Source: Mizuhopecten yessoensis (Eukaryota). Taken from it: a stretch of DNA of 64,000 nt. Under the pieces are notes generated by a model. It saw only the letters and a list, made by a program, of their open reading frames with translations, was not told where the DNA came from and ran no database searches. The stretch is from contig NW_018407853.1 in NCBI RefSeq assembly GCF_002113885.1, positions 596,955 to 660,954 on the forward strand, written 5' to 3'. A program made the position numbers and the translations under genes. Below are positions 27,145 through 39,900 of this stretch, in pieces. The number at the start of each line of letters is the position of its first letter. The first letter of the stretch is position 1.

Positions 27145-29795
27145 TGGCTTCCTTTATCTGCCGCTTGAACAGATTGCTCTCTCTGTTCAAAACTTTGTAG
27201 TTTTCCAGTCAATTTCATGATTTTTTCTGGTGGCATGGTCTGTGATTGCCAATTTATTTACCTGGGACTTAGTCTAAACATATTTTATTGTACAAATATA
27301 CAAATGGATTGGACAACAAGTTATTACAACTTAATAAAATCTTCTCTTTAATACATATGGTAAAAATAATGTATATGTTATTAGGGAAAGGGAGAAGGAA
27401 GAGTGTGGGGTAGGTGGGATCGTGTAAACTGTGAAAAGGATCCGCATTTGAATAAATCATAAATTTTATGACATGCAGCCTGTTATAGTAATTTTATAAT
27501 GAACAAAATCTGTGTAACCAAGAAATCAGGCAAAATAATGAAATGCAATTTCATAAACATATATAACAACGTACACACATAAATAAAAATAAGGAATTAT
27601 AATAATCAAAACCTGTTGCTGGATCTGATGTAATGATGCACTTGTCTAAAAATGTTTGTATTGATTTCCTCAATTGAGTATTACCAAACATAAGTAATTC
27701 TGAAACAAAATCAACATCCAAGGCATTCAAATTTTGGAGCAGGATGCGTCATTTGTTGTTAAAAAGTAAGCATTCACAAAAAAAGTGAAAGGCATTTTCA
27801 CAGGGATGGCCACAATAACAAACTGGACTATCAACAAGATTTACTCTATAAAGATAATATTTAAGTGGACTACACTGATGTCTAAGTTTTGTATGCAAAA
27901 TGTTTAATTTACGTTCATCGAAACCTTAGTAGATTGGCGGAGGAGATAGTACGTTTGAAGTTAACGAGGTTTTAAAAGAATGTAAAGAAGTCAATGATCG
28001 TACTGAAAGGTCCAATGAATTCCAACTGCGAAGAGTTGAAGTTATAAAAGATGAATTTATTAGAGAAAGCCTGAAAGGAACAATTATATCATCATGATTG
28101 TGTCTAAGGGTTAATTTCTGCAACGGAAGACGGCAATAGATCATTTAAATATTTCGGAGTTAATTTGTTGTGCATCTTATACAAAACTTGGAGTTTTCTG
28201 CGTTTTCTTCGATTCGAAAGAGTTTCTAGACCAGATTCAAAAAGGAAATGTTCAATTCTGGCATATGAAGGAAGTCCAGTTATTATACGAATAGCTTCTC
28301 TTTAGCCTTTCTCTAACATTTCTGTTTCATAAGTTTTACAACCATCCCACAATTCACAAGCATATTCTAAAACTGGTAAAATAAAGGATTTATAAATCCT
28401 TAAAAGGTCATCTCGATTCAATAAGTATTTGAGTCTACGTAAGACGTTGACTTTTTTCATAATTGAAGTATATATTGCACAAATATGATCCCCCCATTTT
28501 GCCCTTGAATATAAAATTACACCTAAATGTTTATGATGACCAGTAAAATTTGAAAATTCGCCATTAAATTCTAATTCTAAATCTTCATCAATTTCAACCG
28601 AGTTTGAAACAAAAAATAACCTCAGTTTTTTCTGGATTGAATGTTACTAACCAAGTTTTGGGACCATGCATTAAGAAACTCGAAATCTCTATTTAGAACC
28701 GTTTGGATTTCTAGACACGAAGAGGATGATTTTAACAAAGAAGTATCGTCTACAAAAAGTGGTTGACTCAAAAACATCAGCAATATCATACATATAGATA
28801 AGAAACAAAAGAGGTCAAAGAATCGAACCCCGAGGAACACCTGCTTCAATGAAACCTAAGTGAGAGTAAGAATTTTTCAAAAAGAGTCTCTGGTGCCTCT
28901 AAAATAGGTAATTTTCCAACCATTGATAAACTTAAATTCCATACGATTTTAACTTAATCATCAAACCCTGATGCCAAACCCGATCAAAAGCCTTAGAAAT
29001 ATTGCAGAATGCCATACATACATGTTTTTTTTCTCTCTAGAGCAATACGGATGTTATGATAAATTTCAATGAGTTGATATACAGTAGAATGACCAGGCAA
29101 AAAAACAGACCTGGGACTCCGACTGTTTCCTTCCTGATCTGGTGAGTTTCCTATCTTCTTGGGTTTCCGTATCTTTCCGGTGTTCGCCAAGGCGGACCCC
29201 AAATTGCCTTCCAGTCCCTCCAATATACGATGCGTCGCAGTTTTTGCATCCGATTTTGTATACGTATTCTGCGACGTTTTCTTTAGGTGTTTTATCCTTA
29301 GGGTGTACTAGGATATTATGAAGTGTCTTGTGGGGTTTCATGGCTGTTGTTTTGCCATGACCGAAACATTTTGCCATGACCGAAATATATCCTCTGGATG
29401 GTTTCGGGTGTACCCTTTATATACAGGATGACCACATGGCCTTTGGATTTGTTCTTATCTTTGATTGGCCTTTTCTTGTTCTTCTCCTTACTTTGACACT
29501 GTTTTTGTGCTCGTTTTAGGGCCCATTCCGGATATGAACATGTTCTCATTGCTCTAGCGATGTGATACTGCTTTTGTGTTTTGTCCTGTTGTTTTGTGAC
29601 TATTGTATACCATCTGTTGAGCAATGTGTGTACGACGCCTAACTTCTGGTGCAAAGGATGGTGAGATTTAAAGTTCAGGTATTGGTCCGTATATGTCTTT
29701 TTTCTACAGACCAATACCTTCACGGTTCCGTCTTCTTTCTTTACCAGTAGAGTGTCTAGTAAGGGCATTGTGTCTTTGGTTTCTTCCTCTGTTCA
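27145..29795 (-). mobile_element. Penelope-like element (RT thumb plus GIY-YIG), inverted 5' segment, split by a nested CR1
   Basis: PLLDTLL..VCRKKTYTDQYLNFKSHHPLHQK and YKIGCKNCDASYIGGTGRQFGVRLGEH...RKQSESQV. The protein resumes left of the CR1 as SQVNKLAITDHATRKNHEIDW...KRQIKEA. Confidence 0.85.
27270..29108 (-). mobile_element. 5'-truncated CR1/L2-type LINE with 10-bp TSD ACCTGGGACT
   Basis: RT motifs FLPGHSTVYQL, KAFDRVWH and LFVDDTSL; the 3' UTR ends AATAAAATATGTTTAGACTA; identical 10-mers at 27260-27269 and 29109-29118. Confidence 0.88.
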
Positions 29796-29796
29796 T

Positions 29797-30135
29797 GCGG
29801 CAGATAAGGGAAGCCATCTGAATTCGCAGCAGTGGGCCAGTTTTAAATCGAGATGAAGGGGCTCAAAGACTCTCGCACATCTGATACCAAGTATTAAACA
29901 AAGTGTAGCTGAATCGAAGCATTTCGTTACGTTACATATATAACAACTATTGTACATACGCTTACAGCGTAGCCGAATCGACATCGATTGTGTGGACAAC
30001 TTGTACACATTCTACACCTTTGTTTGCATACGCTTCACTGGTCATTTGTTTGATGAAGGTGACAGAGTACATATCATACTAGTCATCGAAACGTCACATA
30101 GATAATCGTATTGGTTGTGTCAAAAGAACTTTTCA
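29797..30135 (+). mobile_element. Penelope-like element 3' end (GIY-YIG C-terminus plus pseudo-LTR/3' UTR), non-inverted segment
   Basis: RQIREAI*IRSSGPVLNRDEGAQRLSHI*YQVL matches the typical PLE C-terminus, with two TGG>TGA changes. Confidence 0.8.
30047..30098 (+). ncRNA. Minimal type-I hammerhead ribozyme motif (PLE-associated, C3U variant)
   Basis: TGT-TTGATGA-A-GGTGAC[loop]GTCATC-GAAAC-GTC-ACA: core motifs, a 6-bp stem II, minimal palindromic stem III and a short stem I. Confidence 0.6.
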
Positions 30136-30204
30136 TAATCTCACTTACACAAAGTATCAACACTGACAGTCCATCTACAAGTATCTTACTTTCACAACGT
30201 ATCC

Positions 30205-30372
30205 GATTGCTGACGGTCCCCCTTCGACTATCTTCCTTTCAATGTATCAGTGGTGACGGTCAACCTACAAATATTTACCTTTCAATGTATCTCTACCTTT
30301 CAATGTATCAGTGCTAACGGTCAACCTACAACTATCTACCTTTCAATGTTTCAGTGCTAACGGTCAACCTAC
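30205..30372. repeat. Short degenerate tandem repeat
   Basis: Repeated ACGGTCAACCTACAA and TACCTTTCAATGTATC. Confidence 0.65.
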
Positions 30373-31337
30373 AAAGGACTTGTCGATCCGCACGAAAAGA
30401 TAAAGTAATGGTTTGACAACCATTGTAACATCTTGTATAATGAATGTCTTGCTGCGATTATTGTCGTATATTTCATTCCCAGTAAATAGAGAATCGTCGT
30501 TATAAAGGATTAAAAGTTTGTATTTATTTGTTCGAGGTGACATGCTCGAGTAAATCGACATTAACAATTTTAAGATGTTTATTTATGAATTTGCCGGAGG
30601 TTTTTTAATATTGATATATTTAAGATCTTGCTACAGCATCGAGACATAACCCAACATAACGATGGTTGAGATTTTATTTGGAAGAAACCATACTAAATGC
30701 CGGTACTTGTATTCCAAAGTAGTTAGGTGTATAAAGCGAGAATTCACCTTCTCTCCTCGACTGGAAAGATATAATTTTAGATATAAGTTCACCGACAAAT
30801 GCCACTAAAGAATTTAAGAACTCAAAGAAAACATTTTCTCTTCTCAATTTCTCGACATTAATTGATCTTAAGGAGTATCAAACCACATTATCATGAGCTC
30901 GATTATAAAAATAAAACTTACATCTCTAAATTGTCCGTTTCAGTTCACATTAAACAACGGACAAGCCCCTGGTATATAAAATATCAACAAACCATAAGAG
31001 TTATGGTTCTTATCCCTAGTTTGCTTCGACAAATAATTGTGATTCAATTTCGGCTGCAGATATATATATATATCACATTAACCGTATCTACGCAGAAGTG
31101 AACGTGATTTGTCAGTTTCATAATTTTGATTAGGCATGATTGCATTGGAGATAAACAAAATGTTTGTCCTATCAGTTTTTATTTTTTGTATTTTTCTAGT
31201 GATTAAATAAATAATGAAGTAATACAAAAAACTAATCAATGAAAAATGAAAACAAATGCTCCAGAATTTTATAAAGGGGAAACAAACAAGAGTACGATGA
31301 AAGTATTCTGGCTGATTGAGGATACTCAGATTTATAC

Positions 31338-31636
31338 GTCGCTATAAAGAGGTAGCTTCTCATAATGATGACTTAGTATCTCGCTATAAAGAGGTAGCTT
31401 CTCATTATGATGACTTAGTATCTCGCTATAAAGAGGTAGCTTCTCATTATGATGACTTAGTATCTCGCTATAAAGAGGTAGCTTCTCATTATGATGACTT
31501 AGTATCTCGCTATAAAGAGGTAGCTTCTCATTATGATGACTTAGTATCTCGCTATAAAGAGGTAGCTTCTCATTATGATGACTTAGTATCTCGCTATAAA
31601 GAGATAGCTTCTCATTACGATGACTTAGTATACCGT
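31338..31636. repeat. 42-bp minisatellite, about 7 copies
   Basis: Unit TCGCTATAAAGAGGTAGCTTCTCATTATGATGACTTAGTATC. Confidence 0.95.
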
Positions 31637-32470
31637 TAAACAACTTCCTACCTCGTTATTATGAGATAACTGTTTCCTTATAACAATTTGATATCTCCTA
31701 ATAACAACTTGTTATCTAACTCGTTTTAATAACTCAACAACTCGCTTATTTAGGCATCCCTTATGTTGCATTATCGTGGATGAAGATATAAACTTTAAAC
31801 CGCTATGTTTCCTAGTGAAAGATGTTAGCCTGTCATGGTGACTACACGTGTTAATCAACCGCTTAATAAACACTTAAATATTAACAAACACGTCCTGTAT
31901 TATCTTAAATAACACATGTTTATTACACAACCTTACAAAGACAGGTGTTTTCATAAAGATGTTAAACCGTGAACAAAAACAACAGATGTCAGTAATTAGC
32001 AGCAATATTTTATTGTTATCATTTCTATCTAAACATAACAGTGATAAAGAAATTGGTTTAAACTTTGTTTTATTCAAATGTTTTGACAATAGATTGAAAA
32101 ACAAATTGTACATGATATGAAATAGAAAAGGAAACAAAAACAAGTGTCATGACAATTATGTAAATTTGCTATCTGCTTCATAATCAATTATTAAAACACT
32201 AGCTACTGGAATGAAGTAATTTGAACAACAGAACCAATACGGGGATAGGGGAGGGGGTAATGGTTTGGTATGCAGTGGAAACCAGGAATGAATAATATAT
32301 CAATATACATGTGATCATCAGATGGTAATAGCATATTGCTATATTGCAATGAGTATGTGGAACAAGACTATGTACAATATAACTATGCTATAATTGATTA
32401 AATTTTCGGCAATGCTGTAAATGGCCACTTGATGACTGTTAGAAATGTTTATACAAATTACATACCACGA

Positions 32471-34900
32471 TTACCACTGAATAACTATTGACGAATTGTG
32501 TATATTAAAAAGCACCGCCATGCTTATTAGAAACGATGTAGTCCAAATACTAGCCATCACACTTTTCAAATCGAAGTCAATAAAACACTTTCCTGTCCCT
32601 GGCACAAGGTAACAATTTACTTATCAATTAATTCAAACATATTTTATAGACAATGAATAGTCATAGGGATTGAGCACAACTCACTAGGCCCTCTCGTTTC
32701 GTGACATAATATGGTATATATCAAGCATATGCATCCAAATACATTTCAAAACATACCAATTCTTGAATTCTTACATTCTTGAATTTTGTAGTAGACTCAT
32801 TTTCATATACGACAAAAACGTGTCTTGCGTTTCTTTCCTTTTTATTCCGACCCATGACAAAGACTGACCAAACATAAAGAATAGTCTGGCTGACATTGAC
32901 ACCTTACAACTATACACAAATAACACGTACAAACATAATACATAAAAATATTGCAGATATACATGTACAGAGATATACATTTCATTATGCTTGTCAAATC
33001 TACAAAGACTTATATTTACGTTTATGTTGAAGGAATTACTTTTATAATAAATCTTATCTTTACATAACTAATCAAATAGCTTAACTCTACATGTAGCCTA
33101 ATTCATTATAATTTAACTTTACGAATTACATGTAATGAATTACTTGTCTACAAATACATTTCATACAAAAAGAGCAATAAATGATGAAATACATTCACAG
33201 TTACTTTTACGAACAGTAGACATACTTTTAACACAAGAAGAAAAGATACATTATTAGAAAATACACATTGCACAAATACATATACCCCATTTATGGAATG
33301 GAGGCATTTTCGACTGGGACTTGGGACTTATTATTTCAAATGTTTCCCTTCAAGCCCTTTTCCTCATAGTGATATAGATCAATAGTTTAAAGACAAAATA
33401 CAAATTAATTACAATCAAATGGTTTCAATTGAATAAAATCTGCAAATACCTTTGTTCTGTATTGTGACTTCTATAATACAAACATCAACTCTCCTTGAAT
33501 TTTTTCTTTCTACTGACTTTTGGCGGCAAATACCCTGACTATATTTCTAGCCTCCCCCTCCCCCCNTACCAACTGATCAACGGAAGTGTATCTATATAAA
33601 TAGACAAACAGGTTTTAAACACGTGCACATGACCAAAAACTGGGCAGGACCGGCACAGCACAATACATTCACATTTACATGAGCTTATACTCACCTGGTC
33701 TTCTTCTTTGTCGTTCGGGGGCTCCATCAATTTGATGTTTATGTCCTCGGGGGGTCCTATTGCAGAGGCGTGAAAAAGGGGTTATTTACAGTGATTAGGG
33801 TATGTTTTGTGATTTTTTTTGTGCAAGGTATAGATAAAAAAGATAAAATCTGGCATTTGTTTAGCGTGTGATGAGGGGTTCAAGGGCTGTGTAGGGTAAG
33901 TGTGCCTTGAAGTCCTCTAGTGTTGTGCATTGTACTGCATCTATGGGAAGGAGATTCCATTGTGTTATTGTGTGTGGAAAGAATGAATATTTGCAGGTGT
34001 CCTTTGTAGCAGATATGTGTTTCTATGCGTGAGGGTGTGCATGTCTGGTGCGAGTGTCTACGGGTGTGAGTATTTGTGTATGATGTTGTAAAAAAGGATA
34101 ATTCTTGTGTGACAGCGCCGTGTTTGTAGTGTTGGCGACTGTAGTGTGTGGATCATATCTGTTACGGAACTAGTGTTGTGGTATCTGTTGTGTACGTATA
34201 CGTAGCGTGCTGCTCTTCCTTGTGTTTTTTCTATTGATCCCAAATGGAAGAGCAGTATTCAAGTTTTGGCCTGACTAGTGCTTTGTATGCATGTTCTTTT
34301 ATATGTGGCGAGTTTATTTTTAAGTTGCGTTTTAGAAAACCTAAGGACCTATTGGCATTGACTGTGATGTTGTTAATATGTTTGTCCCACCGTAGGTTAT
34401 TTCGTAATATTAATCCTAAGTATTTGATTGATTCTACTTGGTGTAATGTGTGGTTGTGGAGTTTGTAGTCATGGTGTATTTAGTTGCCTTTCGGTGCAAT
34501 GTTGAGTATGTTGCATTTGTCAGGGTGAAATTTCATTAACCAATCCGTCTCCCATTGTCCTGCTGCGTCAAGGTCATGTTGTAGTTTTAGTGTGTCTTCT
34601 TTGTTGTTTATCGTCTTGTATATGATGCTGTCGTCTGCAAACAGTCTAAGTGTGCTGTATTTCATGTATTCGTGGAAGTCATTGATGTAGATGAGGAAGA
34701 GGATGGGGCCCAAACAGGTTCCTTGAGGGACCCAAGAGGTTACTTGTATTATGTCTGATTGTTTGCCCTCGAGTACTACTGTTTGGGTGCGGAATGAGAG
34801 AAAGTCTGTAATCAATGCGTGTGTATTCCCTGTTATCCCGTAACATTGGGTCTGGGTCCTGCCTCAGGGCATGATACATGTAAGGTATACTGTAGGTCTT
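32471..34900 (-). pseudogene. Cryptic multi-exon pseudogene (Cys-containing, hydrophobic C-terminus); exons 34900-34854 joined to 33751-33695, 33534-33450, 32909-32775, 32598-32471
   Basis: Four phase-compatible AG/GT exons. The first is split by a LINE with TSD GGGTCCT, and the third contains in-frame stops. Confidence 0.5.
33759..34853 (-). mobile_element. 5'-truncated LINE (CR1/L2/Jockey-group RT) with a putative 7-bp TSD GGGTCCT
   Basis: VPQGTCLGPILFLIYINDF...LRLFADDSIIY...WLMKFHPDKC; the TSD lies at 33752-33758 and 34854-34860. Confidence 0.85.
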
Positions 34901-35089
34901 CTATACATACATCTATATATATACACAAATGTAAAAAAAAAATTATCTCAACAACGAGTCTGTAGTACTTACTAATGTATATATATATAAAACAACACAA
35001 CATCAATGTTTCATATATCTTTATTAAAATTAGAATTAAATCACTCTACTACATTTTCAAGTAGGTGCAAAACACCTCACGGGGTAGAA

Positions 35090-35505
35090 TGATGATTATT
35101 CTATTACTCTGTTGTCATATGGATTTTATATAAAGGAATGCTAACGTTAAAGGCCCAATGCATTATTGACGTGACGTCATACAATTGTAATGACCGGGGA
35201 ATCCCCTCGTCTGAGTGTGCTTCTTGAAGAATCTGTCATCCCCTGTGGGGTGAGGTAGGGGAACACGTAGCTTGCCAAGTGTTTCTTGAGTGTTGAGATT
35301 CTCCATCTAACCTCAAGGGGATGAATGATTCTTTTTCTCTTATCCTGTTGACCGTGTCATGTACGTAATATAATGCTTCGGTTCATTGTTGACGTGAGGT
35401 GTATGCATTGTTGTCGTGACGTCATTGTAATGTTGACATGATCTCATACAATTGTTATAAATGGTAAATTCCCGGTCTCCACCCCAGGGTGAGACAAGAA
35501 ATGCA
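35090..35505. mobile_element. Degenerate non-autonomous element(s) related to 38240-38636 (Crypton-like family)
   Basis: Shares TGACGTCA..CAAT, GGGGAATCCCC..GTCT and CCCAGGGT motifs and short subterminal inverted repeats with the 38.3-kb and 42.1-kb copies. Confidence 0.4.
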
Positions 35506-36302
35506 CAATAGGAAAACTTCAGGCCGTCAATAACTTCACAAATGACAATGCCCATTATATGTTATTTTCAACACTGAGCGCTGCTCTCCGGTGGGTTGGA
35601 TAGTCTAGTGTTAAACAAAGCCTGCTATTGATCATATTACAAAAAAATACAACTTTATTTTTACTGTCAAACATTATATTATACAGATAAATTCACAAAA
35701 GCTTTTGTTTTGTTTACATTCATGTGCATCTTTTACAATTTGAACTATTTTACACACCTCCCGAAAAAGTCCTGTCATGGTGTACATGACGTTAAGCGTG
35801 GTCGGAAAATACATCTTCACCTCAAGTTATAACTGACAAATGTCCATCCTGAACAACTTACGGTGAACAATGATAATTTGTCTTGGGTTAAGTTATATTC
35901 GCCGAAACACTTACGGAGGTGATACGAGAAAGCAGCAGGGACACACGTTATAAAGGACAGATGACACACACCCTTATCCCGACGTAAACTGTTCGGAGAA
36001 ACAACCGACCCGGATTTCTAATAGTTTTGGTACAACCAATTTAACGCTTTCAAATAGGAATGAACGTGCTTTAATTAATGTCCTCGTCTTTTAAACGGAA
36101 TAGAATAGCAAAATGGAAAGACTAGTGCTCCTATAAGCTGTTAATTAGTTAAGAAACGACTTTTTGGTTAAAGTTGTTGTTTAAAAAACCCAAAAAAGCA
36201 TTTATACTTAAAACTGCAAAGTTTTTATTGTTTGCTTAAAACTGTAAACCTGTCCGTCGCCGTAAAAAAACAAGTCTTTGTAAAACATTTAGCCCCCCCC
36301 CC

Positions 36303-36415
36303 NNNNNNNNNNNNNNNNNNNNNNNNNNNNNNNNNNNNNNNNNNNNNNNNNNNNNNNNNNNNNNNNNNNNNNNNNNNNNNNNNNNNNNNNNNNNNNNNNN
36401 NNNNNNNNNNNNNNN
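36303..36415. other. Assembly gap (N run) flanked by poly-C
   Basis: 113 Ns between C tracts. Confidence 0.99.
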
Positions 36416-36819
36416 CCCCCTATCTGTACAACACCGTTGCCTTCGCTTTTGTCGAATTTTTTTGTATATAAAAAGAACGATCAAGAAGTGTATATCTTAG
36501 CGTTAATAGTAATTGAGGAAGTATCATCTTGCCTATATTTTTGTTGTCGACAACTCTCGACAAACGCCCACGTTTCCAATATCATGCGGCCGGTCATGTG
36601 CGTCAAATCCTCAGTCTATAGGTCAATAGCTTAGACAATCGTCCCTGTCACCTAACGAATAAGTATACGTGCAAACTTCCCTGTATCTCGACAAGAGTTT
36701 TGTTATTAACATAATTGTCGCTGCAGTGTGTTATATCAGTGATTAAATAGACAGGAAAACTTCTTCCGAGATATTCCCGATATACTTCCGGTTGTCAACG
36801 AGGCGCCTTCAATGCCAGA

Positions 36820-36830
36820 CCTATATATAC
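36820..36830 (+). promoter_or_regulatory. Candidate TATA box of the P450 gene
   Basis: CCTATATATAC about 120 bp upstream of the ATG. Confidence 0.35.
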
Positions 36831-36943
36831 ATACATATAACAAAGTCCCCTGTGATCATTCTCTCCTCCGTGGTACTATCATCAAAGGACAGCGTCAGTT
36901 TCTGTTAATGTGACAGTGCCGCCAGAGGTCGTTACGAGTCACT

Positions 36944-39900
36944 ATGTGGATCCAGCACACGGTTTCTGATTACCTGTACCAGATAGTTCTGGTGTCGACA
37001 GTGTTCTTCCTTGGGCGATATTACATTGGGTGGAGGCGCTGGTCAAATGTGCCACCGGGACCACAGCCACTGCCCTTCTTAGGAAACATTGATTACTTCA
37101 AATCAAACGATCAGCTACAAACCTTTCGGAAACTAAGAAAGATTTTTGGGGACGTATTCAGTCTTCGTTTTGGCGGTAATTTATTCATCGTTTTCAATGG
37201 TTACGAAGCTTTGAAAGAAGCATTTGTTAGAAATGGCGATATTTTCTCGGACAGACCAAAAACGTACATCATGGAGCAGATATCCCGAGGCAGAGGTAAG
37301 GGAGAGTGACAAGCTGGAAGATGTATACAAGATGTAACATTGCATTTAGTGAAATGTTAGGTAAAATTAGGAGACAGAGCGCTGGCTTAACATCTTGCGT
37401 CTGTATCTTCGTTTTTCGTTTATTTTATTTCCTTTTTTTATCATATTTTGTTTTTATTTATTTATTTTCAACACAGATATAGGGATCGTTTGATTTGAAA
37501 ATAAGAAATACGTTTCCTATCCAGCCTGATTAGACAGCTGTCAAAATTATAGTAATAAAATAAATCAAAACATTTTTTGTCTCCATCAAAAACAAAGTGT
37601 CCACATCTTTGTATGATAAAATGCTTCTGGTTATTACAGGTATATCCGGTAGTTCGGGAGCTTTCTGGAAAGAGACTAGGGCGTTCACTATCCGCGCTCT
37701 CCGAGAGTTCGGGTTTGGAAAACAGTCCATGGAATCAAAGCTTATGGAAGAAGTTGATGCCTTTTTAGCTGTTATAGGGAACACAAACGGCGAACCATTT
37801 GACATCAGGAATACAAGTTATACAAGTGTGTCTAATGTTATCTGCAGTCTCATATTTGGTCGTAGATTCGAACACGGCGACAAGACGTTCGAAAGTGTAC
37901 TAGACCTATTAGACCAGAACTTCAAACTTGCTGGACAAACCGGTATTCTTGGTATTTTCCCTATTTTAAGATTTTTGCCGGGAGACCTTTTTGGGGCAAA
38001 ACGACTGATAAAGAATAGTGGTAAGATAAGGAAATTTTTCCTCGATCAGATCCAATGTCACCGAGCAAACTTCGATGAAACAAACATCCACGATTTTACT
38101 GATGCATTTTTGAAAGAGCAGAGAAAACACTTAGGCGACACCAGCACCATTTTTACAGGTAAGAGACTAGTACGGAGACGTTTTCGAAAGATTGCGAGAT
38201 AACTTTTTAAGTCCTGTTTGTGTTCAAAACAAATTAAGTCTTTATTTTTCTCCCACACCTGACAGATTTATCTCCCGTTTTGCCGGTGCTAGATTTATCT
38301 GTCCCCGCCCTAGGGTTGAGACGGGGGGATTCCCCTATTCATAACTATGGCATGCCGTCACTTCAACAATACAATGACGTCACGTCAACAATCCATCAAC
38401 AAATTGCCTGTATGTGTTTTGGATCAGTGTTTACCTTTATTTCACATTAAAATACTGTTACATATGGGAGAAAAATATTCAATCGCTACTGGTTGTGTAA
38501 GATAGAGAAATCTCAACCGTCGGACTAAGATTTTTGTCCAGAACCCGGCAAGCCTCGTTCTGGACAAAAAAATCTTAGTCCTCGGGTTGAGATTTCTCTA
38601 TCTTACACAACCAGTAGCTATAGATTCTATTAATCCTATTGTCTCGTGTTCCGGCATGTGGGTGACCAAAAAGTCTGTTCAATGTTTGAACACTGTGGTA
38701 TTTGATTTGGATAGGAAGATTTTTGTATTAAGATATTAAGAATTGACTTTGAACAACAATTGCTTGCAATCGGCCATTAACATTCTATACTTAGATTTTT
38801 TTGTTTGTATTTAGATAGTAAGACATTGCTTTGTTTGTTCGGGTTTAACGTCCCAGCAACATCTACGGTCATAAGAAGACGCATATAATATTGCGTTGGG
38901 ACAATAAAGTATTTTAATTTGAAATTAAAGTGAGATTATGGAAAGTGATAGGTTATTTAGAGTCCGCTATTTTGTCTGTGATTTATCTAAACGGTTTTTT
39001 ATGTTGGTCCGATTAATTCGTCTTTTGTCGATACAATATGCCTAATTTGATAGTGATTTAGCTAAAGTTTTCACACCTGAACAAAATGAATTTAGACGGT
39101 AAAGGCGTGTTAAAAAACGTTTAAAAATATCCCATTCCATTTCAATGTTGAATAATGCCACGGTTCTTAATTTCATATGTTACAAAGTAAACTAAAAAAT
39201 CAAAACAAAAAAACACTCAAATAAACAAAAGCATATATACCACAGCCTCAAATCAAGCCTAGTTGTGCACTTGACTTTTATGTTAGTCGATTTATCTTGT
39301 TTCTGTTCTTTGTGTTGCAGACAACAACCTCACAACATTAATCGGAAATGTGTTTTCTGCTGGAACGGAAACAACGGCGACAGGCATCCGATGGGCGGTT
39401 CTCTACCTTCTGCATTATAGAGACATACAGGACAGACTGAGACAGGAAATAGATCAAGTCATCGGGAGGTCTCGGATGCCTTCCATCTCCGATAAACAAA
39501 ACATGCCCTTTTTCGAAGCGTTCATCGTTGAAGTCTTACGCCATGCCAATATAGCTCCACTTGCCCTGCCGCATGGATCTGCATGTGACACGATGTTTAG
39601 AGGGTTCTTCATTCCACGTGGTTCAATACTAGTCCCAAACCTTGATTCTATCTTGAATGACCCCAAATTGTTCAGTTGCCCGGAAACGTTCTGTCCTTCA
39701 CGGTTTATTGATGACGATGGAAAACTCACGGGATGTGATAAGGTCACGGCCTTTTCTGTTGGTAAGTCCGAAAACAAACTTTTATATACTTTTAATATCA
39801 TGGGAAGGTTCCGGTACATCGTTTTTACACCCGCTGTAATAAATTATATGTATTTATAACGTATATTAATAAGGGTATGTAAATTTCCGAATGTATTGGT

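Noticed and set aside
29066-29223. Penelope-CR1 chimeric (template-switch) retroelement
   Set aside because: The PLE sequence resumes on the far side of the CR1 with a 10-bp TSD, so this is a nested insertion.
31316-31643. Repeat ORFs on both strands (RYKEVASHYDDLVS)n
   Set aside because: A stop-free 42-bp repeat with no splice or start context.
36232-36484. ORFs spanning the N run
   Set aside because: Assembly-gap artefact.
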